Source: Bacillota bacterium
GTDB lineage: Bacteria > Bacillota > Clostridia > Clostridiales > Clostridiaceae
Assembly: GCA_032907345.1 (NCBI GenBank)
Contig: JAJBWD010000222.1
Span: forward strand, 1,550-65,549
Direction: 5' to 3'
DNA: 64,000 bases
The notes under the pieces are model-generated. The model did not search any database. It saw only the letters and a program-made list of their open reading frames with translations, and was not told where the DNA came from. Both the position numbers and the translations under genes were made by a program. Numbering within the stretch: position 1 is the first letter of the stretch; every line of letters starts with the position of its first letter. Of this stretch, positions 18,545-26,950 are shown one piece after another.

Positions 18545-19009
18545 ATGAAATATAATTTCAACGGTAAAGACATTAATATCCCCGATGGGGATATTAAAAA
18601 ACTCATGGTCAGCCTTGACATTCCCAAAGATGAAGCCATAGATGTTTGGTTGGATGACCATGATTATACTGATAACGAGGAAGCGGAAGCCATGACAAAA
18701 AAAGCCAAAGAGGTCGGCAGACGCTACGAAAAATCAGACAAGGAACGCAAAAAGGTTGTTAGAGAACGCAAGGTCGATGCGGAAAAAGGCGGTTTACTGA
18801 CTGCCATTAAAACAGCGGTTGAAGCGTTCGGCGGTATCGTTTCCAGTGTTAAGAATGAAGCAGAATTTTCATTCACTTTCAACGGCAATTCGTACACTGT
18901 GAAACTTGTCAAGCACCGTCCCCCGAAAAAAGGGGCGGTGACTCCTGGACCGACAGATAAAGACATTAAAAAACAGGCTTTACTTGATGAAATGGAAAAA
19001 TATAAATAA
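18545..19009 (+). CDS. hypothetical K/E-rich protein (154 aa)
   Basis: ORF track. Confidence 0.6.
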   Translation: MKYNFNGKDINIPDGDIKKLMVSLDIPKDEAIDVWLDDHDYTDNEEAEAMTKKAKEVGRRYEKSDKERKKVVRERKVDAEKGGLLTAIKTAVEAFGGIVSSVKNEAEFSFTFNGNSYTVKLVKHRPPKKGAVTPGPTDKDIKKQALLDEMEKYK

Positions 19010-19061
19010 AAATCAGCAGGTTGCACAAAAGCAACCTGCTGATTTTGTGAAAAATTACCAC

Positions 19062-19120
19062 TTGACAGCCTGGGCGGGAAGTGGTATAATGGACGGGCCG
19101 CGCTCCTTTGTCGCGCGGCC
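19062..19120 (+). promoter_or_regulatory. plus-strand copy of the 'consensus promoter + GC hairpin' unit
   Basis: TTGACA 19062-67, 17-bp spacer, TGgTATAAT 19085-90, then GGCCGCGC..GCGCGGCC 19096-120. Confidence 0.55.
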
Positions 19121-19234
19121 GAATTTTGTCAATACTGTAATATTGCATAATTTTTCGTTTCAATTTTTGTATATTTTGCCTATTGCTTTATTCCTATAAT
19201 CTGATATACTTATATTATTAACAAAGGAGAAAGA

Positions 19235-19438
19235 ATGATAAAAAAAGTTAAACAATTAAGAGATTTAACAGGAATGAGTCTTATTACTTGTAAACATGCA
19301 ATACTTTTTGCCGAAAAAAATATAGATTGTACAGCAATCGGTTATTGTAAAGCACTTTCTTTAGCATTAAATACTCCAAATATGACTTTTTTTGAAAGAG
19401 TTAAACATTTTTCAAATTTAAATAATGATATTCTATAA
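19235..19438 (+). CDS. small protein with EF-Ts N-terminal (UBA-like) motif; paralog of 47615..47860
   Basis: VKQLRDLTGMSLITCKHAI resembles EF-Ts VKELRERTGAGMMDCKKAL. Shares the C-terminus F..RV..FS.L.NDIL with the paralog. Confidence 0.5.
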   Translation: MIKKVKQLRDLTGMSLITCKHAILFAEKNIDCTAIGYCKALSLALNTPNMTFFERVKHFSNLNNDIL

Positions 19439-19450
19439 GGAGAATAAAAC

Positions 19451-19669
19451 ATGACACCTGCTGAAATTCGCCGTATCCGTCAAGTCAGTGCTAAGGCTAT
19501 AATGGAAATAATTAAAGTCTATGAGACTGAAGTTCCTAAAAATCTTCAATGTAATGAAACATTTGATTTTTTTTATGTTTGTTTACTTGGAGAAGTAGCT
19601 AACTCTCTTGATAAATGGGGGTATGAAAAATTAAGAGAATTAGATTTTACTGAAGAAGAAGGAGAATAA
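19451..19669 (+). CDS. hypothetical protein (72 aa)
   Basis: ORF track. Confidence 0.55.
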   Translation: MTPAEIRRIRQVSAKAIMEIIKVYETEVPKNLQCNETFDFFYVCLLGEVANSLDKWGYEKLRELDFTEEEGE

Positions 19670-19672
19670 AAC

Positions 19673-19861
19673 ATGAAAAGAACAATAACTATTAACAAAG
19701 AAATAGATATTGATTTGTTTAGCATTTCCGATGCTATTCTTAATCATATTAATAATTATTTTAAAGACCGTTATGATGTTAATGACCCTGAAACAGAGAT
19801 AGTAGATTACGAAAGTATTATAATAGATGTTCTTGAATTTACTTTAGATGGCTTTCGCTAA
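19673..19861 (+). CDS. hypothetical protein (62 aa)
   Basis: ORF track. Confidence 0.55.
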   Translation: MKRTITINKEIDIDLFSISDAILNHINNYFKDRYDVNDPETEIVDYESIIIDVLEFTLDGFR

Positions 19862-19959
19862 CAAAAATGCGCCCGATTGATATAAAAATTTAGTCGGGCG
19901 CGCAACGGTCGTTGCGCGCCAAAAATTCTATTATACCACACTCCGAGCCTTTTTGTCAA
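19862..19959 (-). ncRNA. predicted antisense sRNA unit (near-copy of 17541..17638)
   Basis: Reverse complement reads TTGACA 19954-59 and TATAAT 19930-35, then GGCGCGCAACG..CGTTGCGCGCC, then GCGCCCGA..TCGGGCGC + UUUUU. Confidence 0.55.
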
Positions 19960-20044
19960 GTCTTTTTTTAAACGAATTTTCGTTAAAAAATTTCCCGATA
20001 TTCGTACTTGCAAAATCAAAAAATTTCTGGTATAATTTAATTAC

Positions 20045-20335
20045 AAAATGAGAGAGGGAGAGAGCCGAAAGTCAAGACGGTTAGCACAGCCCCAAAAAGT
20101 AAATTTGCGCACACGCCATGGAGTCTCCGCAAATGAAACCTTTAAAAATTACTAAAAAAGGCTTGACACGGAACAACAGCTGTGATATACTTATTACAGT
20201 AAACAACAGAAAGGGAGAACAAAGATGCGACTTTGTAGATAAGCGGAAACAGGCTCATCCGCTATGACATAAATGTGGGCAGGGGTAAACGGAAGCGGAT
20301 TGACGTCACCGCTTCTTCTCCCCGAAAAAAAATAA
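20045..20335 (+). ncRNA. two consecutive promoter-driven ORF-less units upstream of 20423
   Basis: Promoters lie at about 20020 and 20167. Only a 5-codon mini-ORF (ATGCGACTTTGTAGATAA) is present. The analogous arrangement is at 15860-16230. Confidence 0.35.
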
Positions 20336-20422
20336 AAAAAGTTCTTGACAAAAAGAAAAAAATAAGATATAATAAATACATAAGATAAAACAAAATATTC
20401 ATTTAAGAAAGGAAGTCCAAAC

Positions 20423-20824
20423 ATGGCAAATCAGATGACTTATGTAGAAGCTATCAACCACGGCATCAAGGCTCTCGGTGAGACTAATCCCGAAGCAATC
20501 GAACGCCTGAACGCTCTGATTGTTCAGCTGAACAAGCGTGGAACTAAGGGCGGTCTTACTAAGACTCAGAAGCTGAATGAGGAAATCAAGGCGGTTATCC
20601 TTGAGATTCTTGCGGAAGCAGAAGAGTTCCTGCCTATGGCTGACATCATGGCAGATGAACGTCTGGCAGACCTGTCTCCGCAGAAGATGGGCGCACTCCT
20701 GGGACAGCTGATTAAGGCTGACAAGGCGCAGAGACACGTCCACAAGAAGCGCACTCTGTACGCTATTAAGGGGGTCGAGTTCGTTGCCCCTGATGCTGAA
20801 CCTGCGGACGGTGAAGCAGAGTAA
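20423..20824 (+). CDS. hypothetical protein (133 aa), paralog of 16250..16654
   Basis: ORF track; see the paralog. Confidence 0.7.
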   Translation: MANQMTYVEAINHGIKALGETNPEAIERLNALIVQLNKRGTKGGLTKTQKLNEEIKAVILEILAEAEEFLPMADIMADERLADLSPQKMGALLGQLIKADKAQRHVHKKRTLYAIKGVEFVAPDAEPADGEAE

Positions 20825-21009
20825 CACACACAGGCTACCACTGTAAAAGGTGGTAGCCTTTTTGGCGCGCGTACAAACCACGCGCGCCAATTTTTTGTCA
20901 ATATGTCACTTTTAACAAATTTTTCATCCATTTTTTGTATATTTTACCTATTGTTTTATTCCTATAATCTGATATAATAATAATTGTCAAGAGGAAAGGA
21001 GATAAAAAA

Positions 21010-21354
21010 ATGTTTAATATTAATAAATGGTTATACAAAATGATTTATGGAGAAAAGAATATTATAACAGCTATTCATTATACTGTATCTTTTACTACTA
21101 TTGATAATGAAAAACATAAATATTCTTATTTTTCTCATGTAAATCCCGATAGTATTGTTTGTTCTATTCCTGAATATCTTATGCTTTTTATTAAAAAAGA
21201 TGGTTACATAAAAGATGACGCAGGAATCATGTATCCTCTTCAAAATATTATTTCAATTGAATGGACTATGGATTCTACAATAAAAGCGATTGAAACTAAT
21301 CCTTATGAAGCTTGTTATCATTTATCAGATGCTATTAATGAACAGGAGAAATAA
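21010..21354 (+). CDS. hypothetical protein (114 aa)
   Basis: ORF track. Confidence 0.6.
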   Translation: MFNINKWLYKMIYGEKNIITAIHYTVSFTTIDNEKHKYSYFSHVNPDSIVCSIPEYLMLFIKKDGYIKDDAGIMYPLQNIISIEWTMDSTIKAIETNPYEACYHLSDAINEQEK

Positions 21355-21357
21355 AAA

Positions 21358-21651
21358 ATGATTACATACGATATGATTATTGAAGCACAGAATTATCTTG
21401 TAGAAAACTGGGGCGAAGATGGTAAAAAAGTCATCGAAGCCGCTTTCACTGTTAATCCTTTTAATGGAAATACAAAGGCTTTTCTTGACCATTGTTCTGC
21501 ATGTGGCGGAAATTGGGGCGGAATGTTTCTTACTGGAATTAAAAGACTTTACCCTAATGTTTATGACGCTATTCCTAATGATATGGGGGTTTTCGCTTTT
21601 ACTTGTATCGCTATGACTATGAGACTTTGCGGTGTCGATACTTCAAAATAA
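21358..21651 (+). CDS. hypothetical protein (97 aa)
   Basis: ORF track. Confidence 0.6.
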   Translation: MITYDMIIEAQNYLVENWGEDGKKVIEAAFTVNPFNGNTKAFLDHCSACGGNWGGMFLTGIKRLYPNVYDAIPNDMGVFAFTCIAMTMRLCGVDTSK

Positions 21652-21713
21652 AGTATTGACAAAATAAAAATTTTATTATATAATAATATTATCAAAAGAA
21701 AGGAAATAAAAAA

Positions 21714-21812
21714 ATGTATTATTATTACCCTGGAACACAGCCACATCTTGGAACTTTAGTAATCTTTTGTGCAGTTTTTGTAGCTTTTGTTTTAACATGG
21801 AAAGGAAGGTAA
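21714..21812 (+). CDS. tiny membrane protein (32 aa)
   Basis: Promoter 21656, RBS, MYYYYPGTQPHLGTLVIFCAVFVAFVLTWKGR. Confidence 0.35.
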   Translation: MYYYYPGTQPHLGTLVIFCAVFVAFVLTWKGR

Positions 21813-21815
21813 AAT

Positions 21816-22019
21816 ATGAATTTTCCTATTACTCTTGGTTTTGTTTGTCCTATGTGTAGTACTTATCATACTCTTACTGTCGAGTTAGAGCAGTATCTTA
21901 ATTATCAGGACGGTGAACTTGTACAGGATGCTTTTCCCAAAATGTCGCCTACTGACCGCGAGCGTATTCTTTCTGGTTTTTGTCCTGATTGTCAGGAAAA
22001 AATTTTTATGGAGTTTTAA
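21816..22019 (+). CDS. Zn-ribbon protein (67 aa)
   Basis: CPMC...CPDC. Confidence 0.55.
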   Translation: MNFPITLGFVCPMCSTYHTLTVELEQYLNYQDGELVQDAFPKMSPTDRERILSGFCPDCQEKIFMEF

Positions 22020-22198
22020 GATGGTCGCCTCTTCCAGAAATGGTCGGGGCGCTGACCATTGAGTCAGCACCGAATTTTTGTCAATATGTAATATTCAACA
22101 AAAATTAATCTACATTTTTGTGCAACATTACCTATTGCATTTTCCCGATAATCTGATATAATAATAATTGTCAAGAGGAAAGCAAGAAAGGAAATAAC

Positions 22199-22375
22199 AT
22201 GACTGAAATCGAAAAAACCATTTTAGAAAATCAAGAGGTTATTCTTAGTGCGCTTGCACAATTTGCAGTTTCAAAAGTATCCAAAAACCAAAAATATGCT
22301 AAACATGTAAATGCATTGATAGATAATTACCATAAAACCAGAAAACTTTTAGGAAAAACATATATTCAACGATAA
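22199..22375 (+). CDS. hypothetical protein (58 aa)
   Basis: RBS AAAGGAA + ATG 22199; TAA 22373-75. Confidence 0.5.
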   Translation: MTEIEKTILENQEVILSALAQFAVSKVSKNQKYAKHVNALIDNYHKTRKLLGKTYIQR

Positions 22376-22394
22376 TAATTTAAAAAGGGGAACT

Positions 22395-22619
22395 TTGATT
22401 ATGATAACTATGAATGACGTTAGAGAGTTTGTAGAAAAAATGCTTACCCATGCAAAAGAGTGTTCTTCCGCAGACATGGTTATGAATTGCCGTGCACAGG
22501 CTTTTGGTGTTATCATGTTTGCGCAAAAGTTTATTCCTTATGATGAACTTATTGATTATTGGGAAAATCAAGGCATTTGGCAGAAATTTAATGATATTGC
22601 AGGGGAGAAAAACAAATGA
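22395..22619 (+). CDS. hypothetical protein (74 aa)
   Basis: ORF track. Confidence 0.55.
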   Translation: MIMITMNDVREFVEKMLTHAKECSSADMVMNCRAQAFGVIMFAQKFIPYDELIDYWENQGIWQKFNDIAGEKNK

Positions 22620-22792
22620 TGAATTGGAAAGACAAAATGAAAAAAGCTATGAAAGCTATTAAAGAAGCAAGTGGAGAGAATGCATCATGGGATAACTGTT
22701 ATCATTGTCCCTTTTTAGCTTGTTGTAATGCTATGGGGCATGAGGGATTAAGTGCTCCTGATGGATGGGAAATTAAAAATGAAGATAATTAA
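22616..22792 (+). CDS. Cys-rich protein (58 aa), paralog of 23088..23276
   Basis: M.W K..MK.AMKAIK.A.......W......C.CPF..CCN.....GLS.PD.W. Confidence 0.55.
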   Translation: MMNWKDKMKKAMKAIKEASGENASWDNCYHCPFLACCNAMGHEGLSAPDGWEIKNEDN

Positions 22793-22890
22793 ACTACCAA
22801 CAAAAGAAAAGGATAAAATAAGAATTGGTTGGCATATTTATAAAGTTTTATTTCGAATTGGTTATATCCATATTTTAAGAGAGATTTAAA

Positions 22891-23109
22891 ATGGCAAAAT
22901 ATCTTATTATGAAATGTAATGAACTTTCTGACCAGTATGAATGTGATGCTGACCGCTTCCCTGTTTGTCTTGTTGATAATTGGACATATTATAATGAATA
23001 CGGTTATGAGGTTTATGAAGTTTTAAAAAATAATACTTTTAAATTGATTAAAAGTTATGAACAGACAGAAAAAAGAAAAGGTAAAAAATGGATTGGAAAG
23101 AAGAAATGA
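22891..23109 (+). CDS. hypothetical protein (72 aa)
   Basis: ORF track. Confidence 0.55.
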   Translation: MAKYLIMKCNELSDQYECDADRFPVCLVDNWTYYNEYGYEVYEVLKNNTFKLIKSYEQTEKRKGKKWIGKKK

Positions 23110-23276
23110 AAGAAGCTATGAAAGCTATTAAAAGAGCATGTGAAAAAAATACAACATGGATAGGCGAAAAAAGAGAGGATTGTTGCCAATGTCCATTTTT
23201 TATTTGCTGTAATATTATTGAACTTGCGGGATTAAGTATCCCTGATGAGTGGGGGCCGAATGTAGATGAATTTTAA
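23088..23276 (+). CDS. Cys-rich protein (62 aa), paralog of 22616..22792
   Basis: ORF track. Confidence 0.55.
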   Translation: MDWKEEMKEAMKAIKRACEKNTTWIGEKREDCCQCPFFICCNIIELAGLSIPDEWGPNVDEF

Positions 23277-23421
23277 AATTGATGTTATAAGAACTATTAT
23301 TTGGTTTTTTATTCTTATTCCAGTTTCTAATTATTATTTTCCCAAGCCTGTTCATTATTGGCCAATAATTCTTATAATGCAAGTGTTAATTAGTATATAC
23401 ATGACAATAACAATTTATTAA
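23266..23421 (+). CDS. small membrane protein (51 aa)
   Basis: Two TM segments; TAA 23419-21. Confidence 0.4.
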   Translation: MNFKIDVIRTIIWFFILIPVSNYYFPKPVHYWPIILIMQVLISIYMTITIY

Positions 23422-23444
23422 CAGGCGGAAACGCCTGTTTTTTT
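23421..23444 (+). terminator. intrinsic terminator ending the early array
   Basis: ACAGGCG-GAAA-CGCCTGT followed by TTTTTTT. Confidence 0.8.
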
Positions 23445-23456
23445 ATACCTACATAC

Positions 23457-23472
23457 TGTTAAATATTTAACA
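23457..23472. repeat. isolated copy of the iteron palindrome TGTTAAATATTTAACA
   Basis: Same motif as 6437-6679, here at the far end of the early array. Confidence 0.7.
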
Positions 23473-23738
23473 ATCGCCGGCGCGGTGTCTCTGACCCGCG
23501 CCCAATTATACCACAAAATCTACCCTTTGTCAATATTTTTTTCAAAAAAAATTGCACAAAAATTACCTCAAAATTCCCGAAATTTTTGTGCAAATTGCAC
23601 AAAGGGGGTTCCGCATCTACCTTCTATTTCACTTTTTTATATGGTCATATGGCACAGATCGAGAGACCGAGACATATGGCTTTGCCGCCGAGACCGCACT
23701 TGACTTTATTAAAATATTATAATATAATATTAAAAAAA

Positions 23739-23756
23739 GGCTCACCGAAGTGAGCC
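23739..23756 (-). terminator. intrinsic terminator for minus-strand module
   Basis: A7 on the plus strand precedes GGCTCAC-CGAA-GTGAGCC. Confidence 0.65.
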
Positions 23757-23813
23757 TCGTTTAATGAGAAATCGTATTTGATTTCTCATAAATTTTTTAT
23801 TATAATTATAATG

Positions 23814-23847
23814 GGGGAGAATTTTTTTTATAAAAAAAATTCTCCCC
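23814..23847. terminator. long A/T-looped hairpin GGGGAGAATTTTTTTT-A-TAAAAAAAATTCTCCCC
   Basis: Lies between convergent modules. Confidence 0.5.
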
Positions 23848-23954
23848 GTTAATATTCGTTGAAGATAATTTGGATGTGATATAGGAGGTAGGTAGGTCGG
23901 CCACCACACCTCCCCAATTTACATCAATTTTACATAATTATATCAATTATCTTC

Positions 23955-24071
23955 TTAATCTAAATTAAAAAAATGCTTTTCCTTCTCATCCTTCTTATAA
24001 AAATAATAACCCACACCATATAAAACCAGCGTAAACCCAATTATAATTCCAATACTTATTATCTTAATCAT
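23955..24071 (-). CDS. tiny membrane protein (38 aa)
   Basis: MIKIISIGIIIGFTLVLYGVGYYFYKK...; overlaps the upstream stop. Confidence 0.3.
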   Translation of the reverse strand: MIKIISIGIIIGFTLVLYGVGYYFYKKDEKEKHFFNLD

Positions 24072-24147
24072 TTTTCTTAATCCAACCAAAATAAATAATA
24101 AAAATTCCTATCCATACTAATCCACTAATTCTAATCCATTCTGTCAT
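24064..24147 (-). CDS. tiny membrane protein (27 aa)
   Basis: TAATGA overlap. MTEWIRISGLVWIGIFIIYFGWIKKND. Confidence 0.3.
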   Translation of the reverse strand: MTEWIRISGLVWIGIFIIYFGWIKKND

Positions 24148-24857
24148 TAAAACGCTCCTTCAATTCTATCCACCTGAGTCCCTTTTATCACCTTACAACC
24201 AATCTTCTCTTGTAACTCTCTCAAAAATGTATAAAATCCAACACCTTTCATATTTGTCATTTCCGTCAAAACATCCCAAGCTTCTTCCTTACTAATCTCT
24301 CCTGCCTAAACCATTCCTTGTACTAAAATCTGCTTCTCAGTAGCATCTCCAAAATACTTCTTAATCAACTTCTGTTTAATCTCTTCCTCTTCAAAAGTTA
24401 ACTGTCTTAAATCTCCATCTTCTGTTTCTTTACACCATAAATATCTACATTTACCCAATATTCCACCTTTCTAATCAAAAGGTCTACCATACAATGCATC
24501 TCTACTCTTCAATGTATAATTATACACAGTACTCTCCGCAATAGCTAAAGCATATTTACCATTTTCAATAATTTTCTAACTTACTCTTTTACATGTATCC
24601 AACCCACTATCATCCCACACTTCATCAACTTGACTTTGAATCTTTCTAAAATTCTAACTCCCCTGTTTATAATAAACAGGCTAATAAATACGAATTATCT
24701 TAATCTTCTTTTGTTTATTACCAACTTCCTCAAAATCAGCAAAAGCCTTCAACTCCTACAACTTCTTCTATTTATTTTTACTAAAAGAACTTGGAGCAAT
24801 ACCAAACCACTCCGCCAACTCTTTATTAGTATAAACCTTTAATTCTAACTATTTCAC
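24147..24857 (-). CDS. HTH-containing protein (236 aa), TAG-recoded
   Basis: RBS AAAGGAG-N9-GTG 24855-57; TAA 24147-49; 8 in-frame TAG. N-terminus ...YTNKELAEWFGIAPSSFSKNK. Confidence 0.55.
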
Positions 24858-25238
24858 TATACAAAACTCCTTTCATTAATAGTTATTCTAATATAATATA
24901 AAAACTAAAATAACCAAATGAAAAAAGTTTGCCCAAACTTTTTTCATTACTTCATTCATGAAACTTTTGCCTTTTTTTTCACTGGGGAGTATATATTAGC
25001 GGTGAAAAAATTGAAAAAAGTTACATAAAGTAAATTACATATAGCACCAAAATTTTAACACAATTTTTTAACAATCAAACAAAAATGCTATCCGAAAATT
25101 CACATACTAATATTATAGAAAGCGAATTTTGGGATAGCATTTTTACATCAATCAAACAAATTTCATGACCAAAAAATGCAAAAAGGTTCCCCCATGCGGG
25201 ATCCGCACCTTAATCAGGAAATACTCTACCCCCTATTT

Positions 25239-25601
25239 TCAGAGAATCTAATCCAATTTAACCTACCCCCCATAAAAACCTTCATAAATCTATCCTCTTT
25301 TATATCTATAACCTCTTTCAAAAGTAAAATCCTAAGTAACAACAGTAGGCTAAATTACATAATTAAAAATATCTGAATCTCTTATTCCCGGTTCCAAATA
25401 AGCTACATGCATCTTATGACCCCGGGAATTATCTGATGCGGGAATACCCCTAATATAATTACCATTCTTCATCATTATCCTAGGCGGCTATATCTTAGAT
25501 CTAATAACCCTATAAACCGCATCATAATTAATCTTACTTAAAAAATCTACAAACCATTTTTCACACCACTATCTACTTTTAAACCAAACTCCAACAATCA
25601 T
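25239..25601 (-). CDS. hypothetical protein (120 aa), TAG-recoded
   Basis: RBS AAAGGAGG + ATG 25599-601; TGA 25239-41; 7 in-frame TAG. Confidence 0.5.
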
Positions 25602-25731
25602 GCGGCGGCCCCTCCTTTTCCAGATTAACTCTACTCCTCATCATCCTCTTCATCTGCTTCCCGCTCTTCATTCTTTTCTCTTGTTCTTTCATATTCCAAC
25701 ATTGTATTTAATATTGCACCAAAAGGCATTA

Positions 25732-26202
25732 TCATATAGGCCTCCTATTTATCTCCGCACCTCGCGCAGGTATCTTAAAAACTTCAACAGGCTTCCCTTT
25801 CTCAAGAGCATACTTATAAGTATAATAGGTCCCCCCATTTTTAACACCATCCCACACAACTAACAACACATCACAATCATCAACAATGCGGCGGTCCCTG
25901 GTTAAATACACACCGGAACTATATTCATTCTGTTCAAACCTAGTGACTTCCGCATTTGTTAAGACATAATCTTCTAAATTACTAAACTTGCGCGGAAAAG
26001 GATAATAACATCTTACACCTACCCCCTTATTTAAGGCAGTAACTGCGGCAATCTGGTCAACACCTCGCGCCATTCCGCTTATTAAACTGACTTTTTCTCC
26101 TCTTGCTTTATATTCTTCTAACTTTTCAGCTATCCATTTTTCTACTACAAACCAATTAGTTCCTAATCTTTCTGGTCTATGTCCTGTGATTCCTACTAAC
26201 AC
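25732..26202 (-). CDS. SLOG-fold protein (YpsA/DUF1273/DUF2493-like)
   Basis: LVGITGHRPERL... and SGMARGVDQIAA... with DVLLVVWDG..NGGT. Confidence 0.6.
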   Translation of the reverse strand: MLVGITGHRPERLGTNWFVVEKWIAEKLEEYKARGEKVSLISGMARGVDQIAAVTALNKGVGVRCYYPFPRKFSNLEDYVLTNAEVTRFEQNEYSSGVYLTRDRRIVDDCDVLLVVWDGVKNGGTYYTYKYALEKGKPVEVFKIPARGAEINRRPI

Positions 26203-26360
26203 TATCTATAACCCTCCATAAATTTTTCCTAAACTGGTTCCCGCCAGTTCCTCATAGTTAATCTTTTACAAATACCCTATTTAGTAATTACAACTAATCT
26301 ATTTTTACAAAAGCGGCCTCTGTTATAAGGGCAAGCTGTACAATCACATACTATTGTCAT
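26202..26360 (-). CDS. DUF1540-like Cys-rich protein; 3' end ambiguous (open to TAA 26082-84 if every TAG is read)
   Basis: MTIVCDCTACPYNRGRFCKNRLVVITK[TAG]GICKRL. A TAG sits inside the Cys motif. Confidence 0.45.
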
Positions 26361-26396
26361 ACTACTACCCCCTATTTTTATCCTATATAATAATTG

Positions 26397-26455
26397 GTTG
26401 AGCGGAATTTAGCAGAATTTGCACGAAGTGCAAATTTGCTGAATTAACGCTCAAC
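26397..26455. repeat. 59-nt imperfect hairpin GTTGAGCG...TTTGCAC-GAA-GTGCAAA...CGCTCAAC
   Basis: 8-bp outer and 9-bp inner perfect segments. Confidence 0.7.
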
Positions 26456-26645
26456 TCGGCAATGCGAAGCATTGCCGATCCCGCAAGTATAACACAAATG
26501 ACTATTAATACTATATTCATACCTTATCTCCTTTTATTTTCTTATTCTATTATATCAAAAAATCTCTATAAAATCAAGTTGCAATTTTTAAAATTTTATA
26601 ATATAATATATTTAGAAAATAAAACAATAGAAAGGAAGTAATAAC

Positions 26646-26876
26646 ATGGATTTTAAGCAAACCCGCGCATTTAATCTGGCATCAAATTATTTAGAAGCCC
26701 GCAATGCTTCCCAGGATTCTTTTTCTCTTGAAAATCGTATTCTTTATTGGGATAGCAAATTTCCAAGCATTTCTGCTTTAGAATTAGCTTCTCTTACTAT
26801 TGTAAATCCCATCGCATATTTCTCAATTTCGGATTCTGATATTCGAGAATTTTGTATGCGCATTTTTCCTCATTAA
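26646..26876 (+). CDS. hypothetical protein (76 aa)
   Basis: ORF track; AT-rich promoter about 26575-26615. Confidence 0.5.
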   Translation: MDFKQTRAFNLASNYLEARNASQDSFSLENRILYWDSKFPSISALELASLTIVNPIAYFSISDSDIREFCMRIFPH

Positions 26877-26950
26877 ATTTATAAACTAATAAAAATGCGG
26901 CGGCACCTTTAATCCTGACATAACCTACCGTCCGCAAGAAAGGAGTAGAT

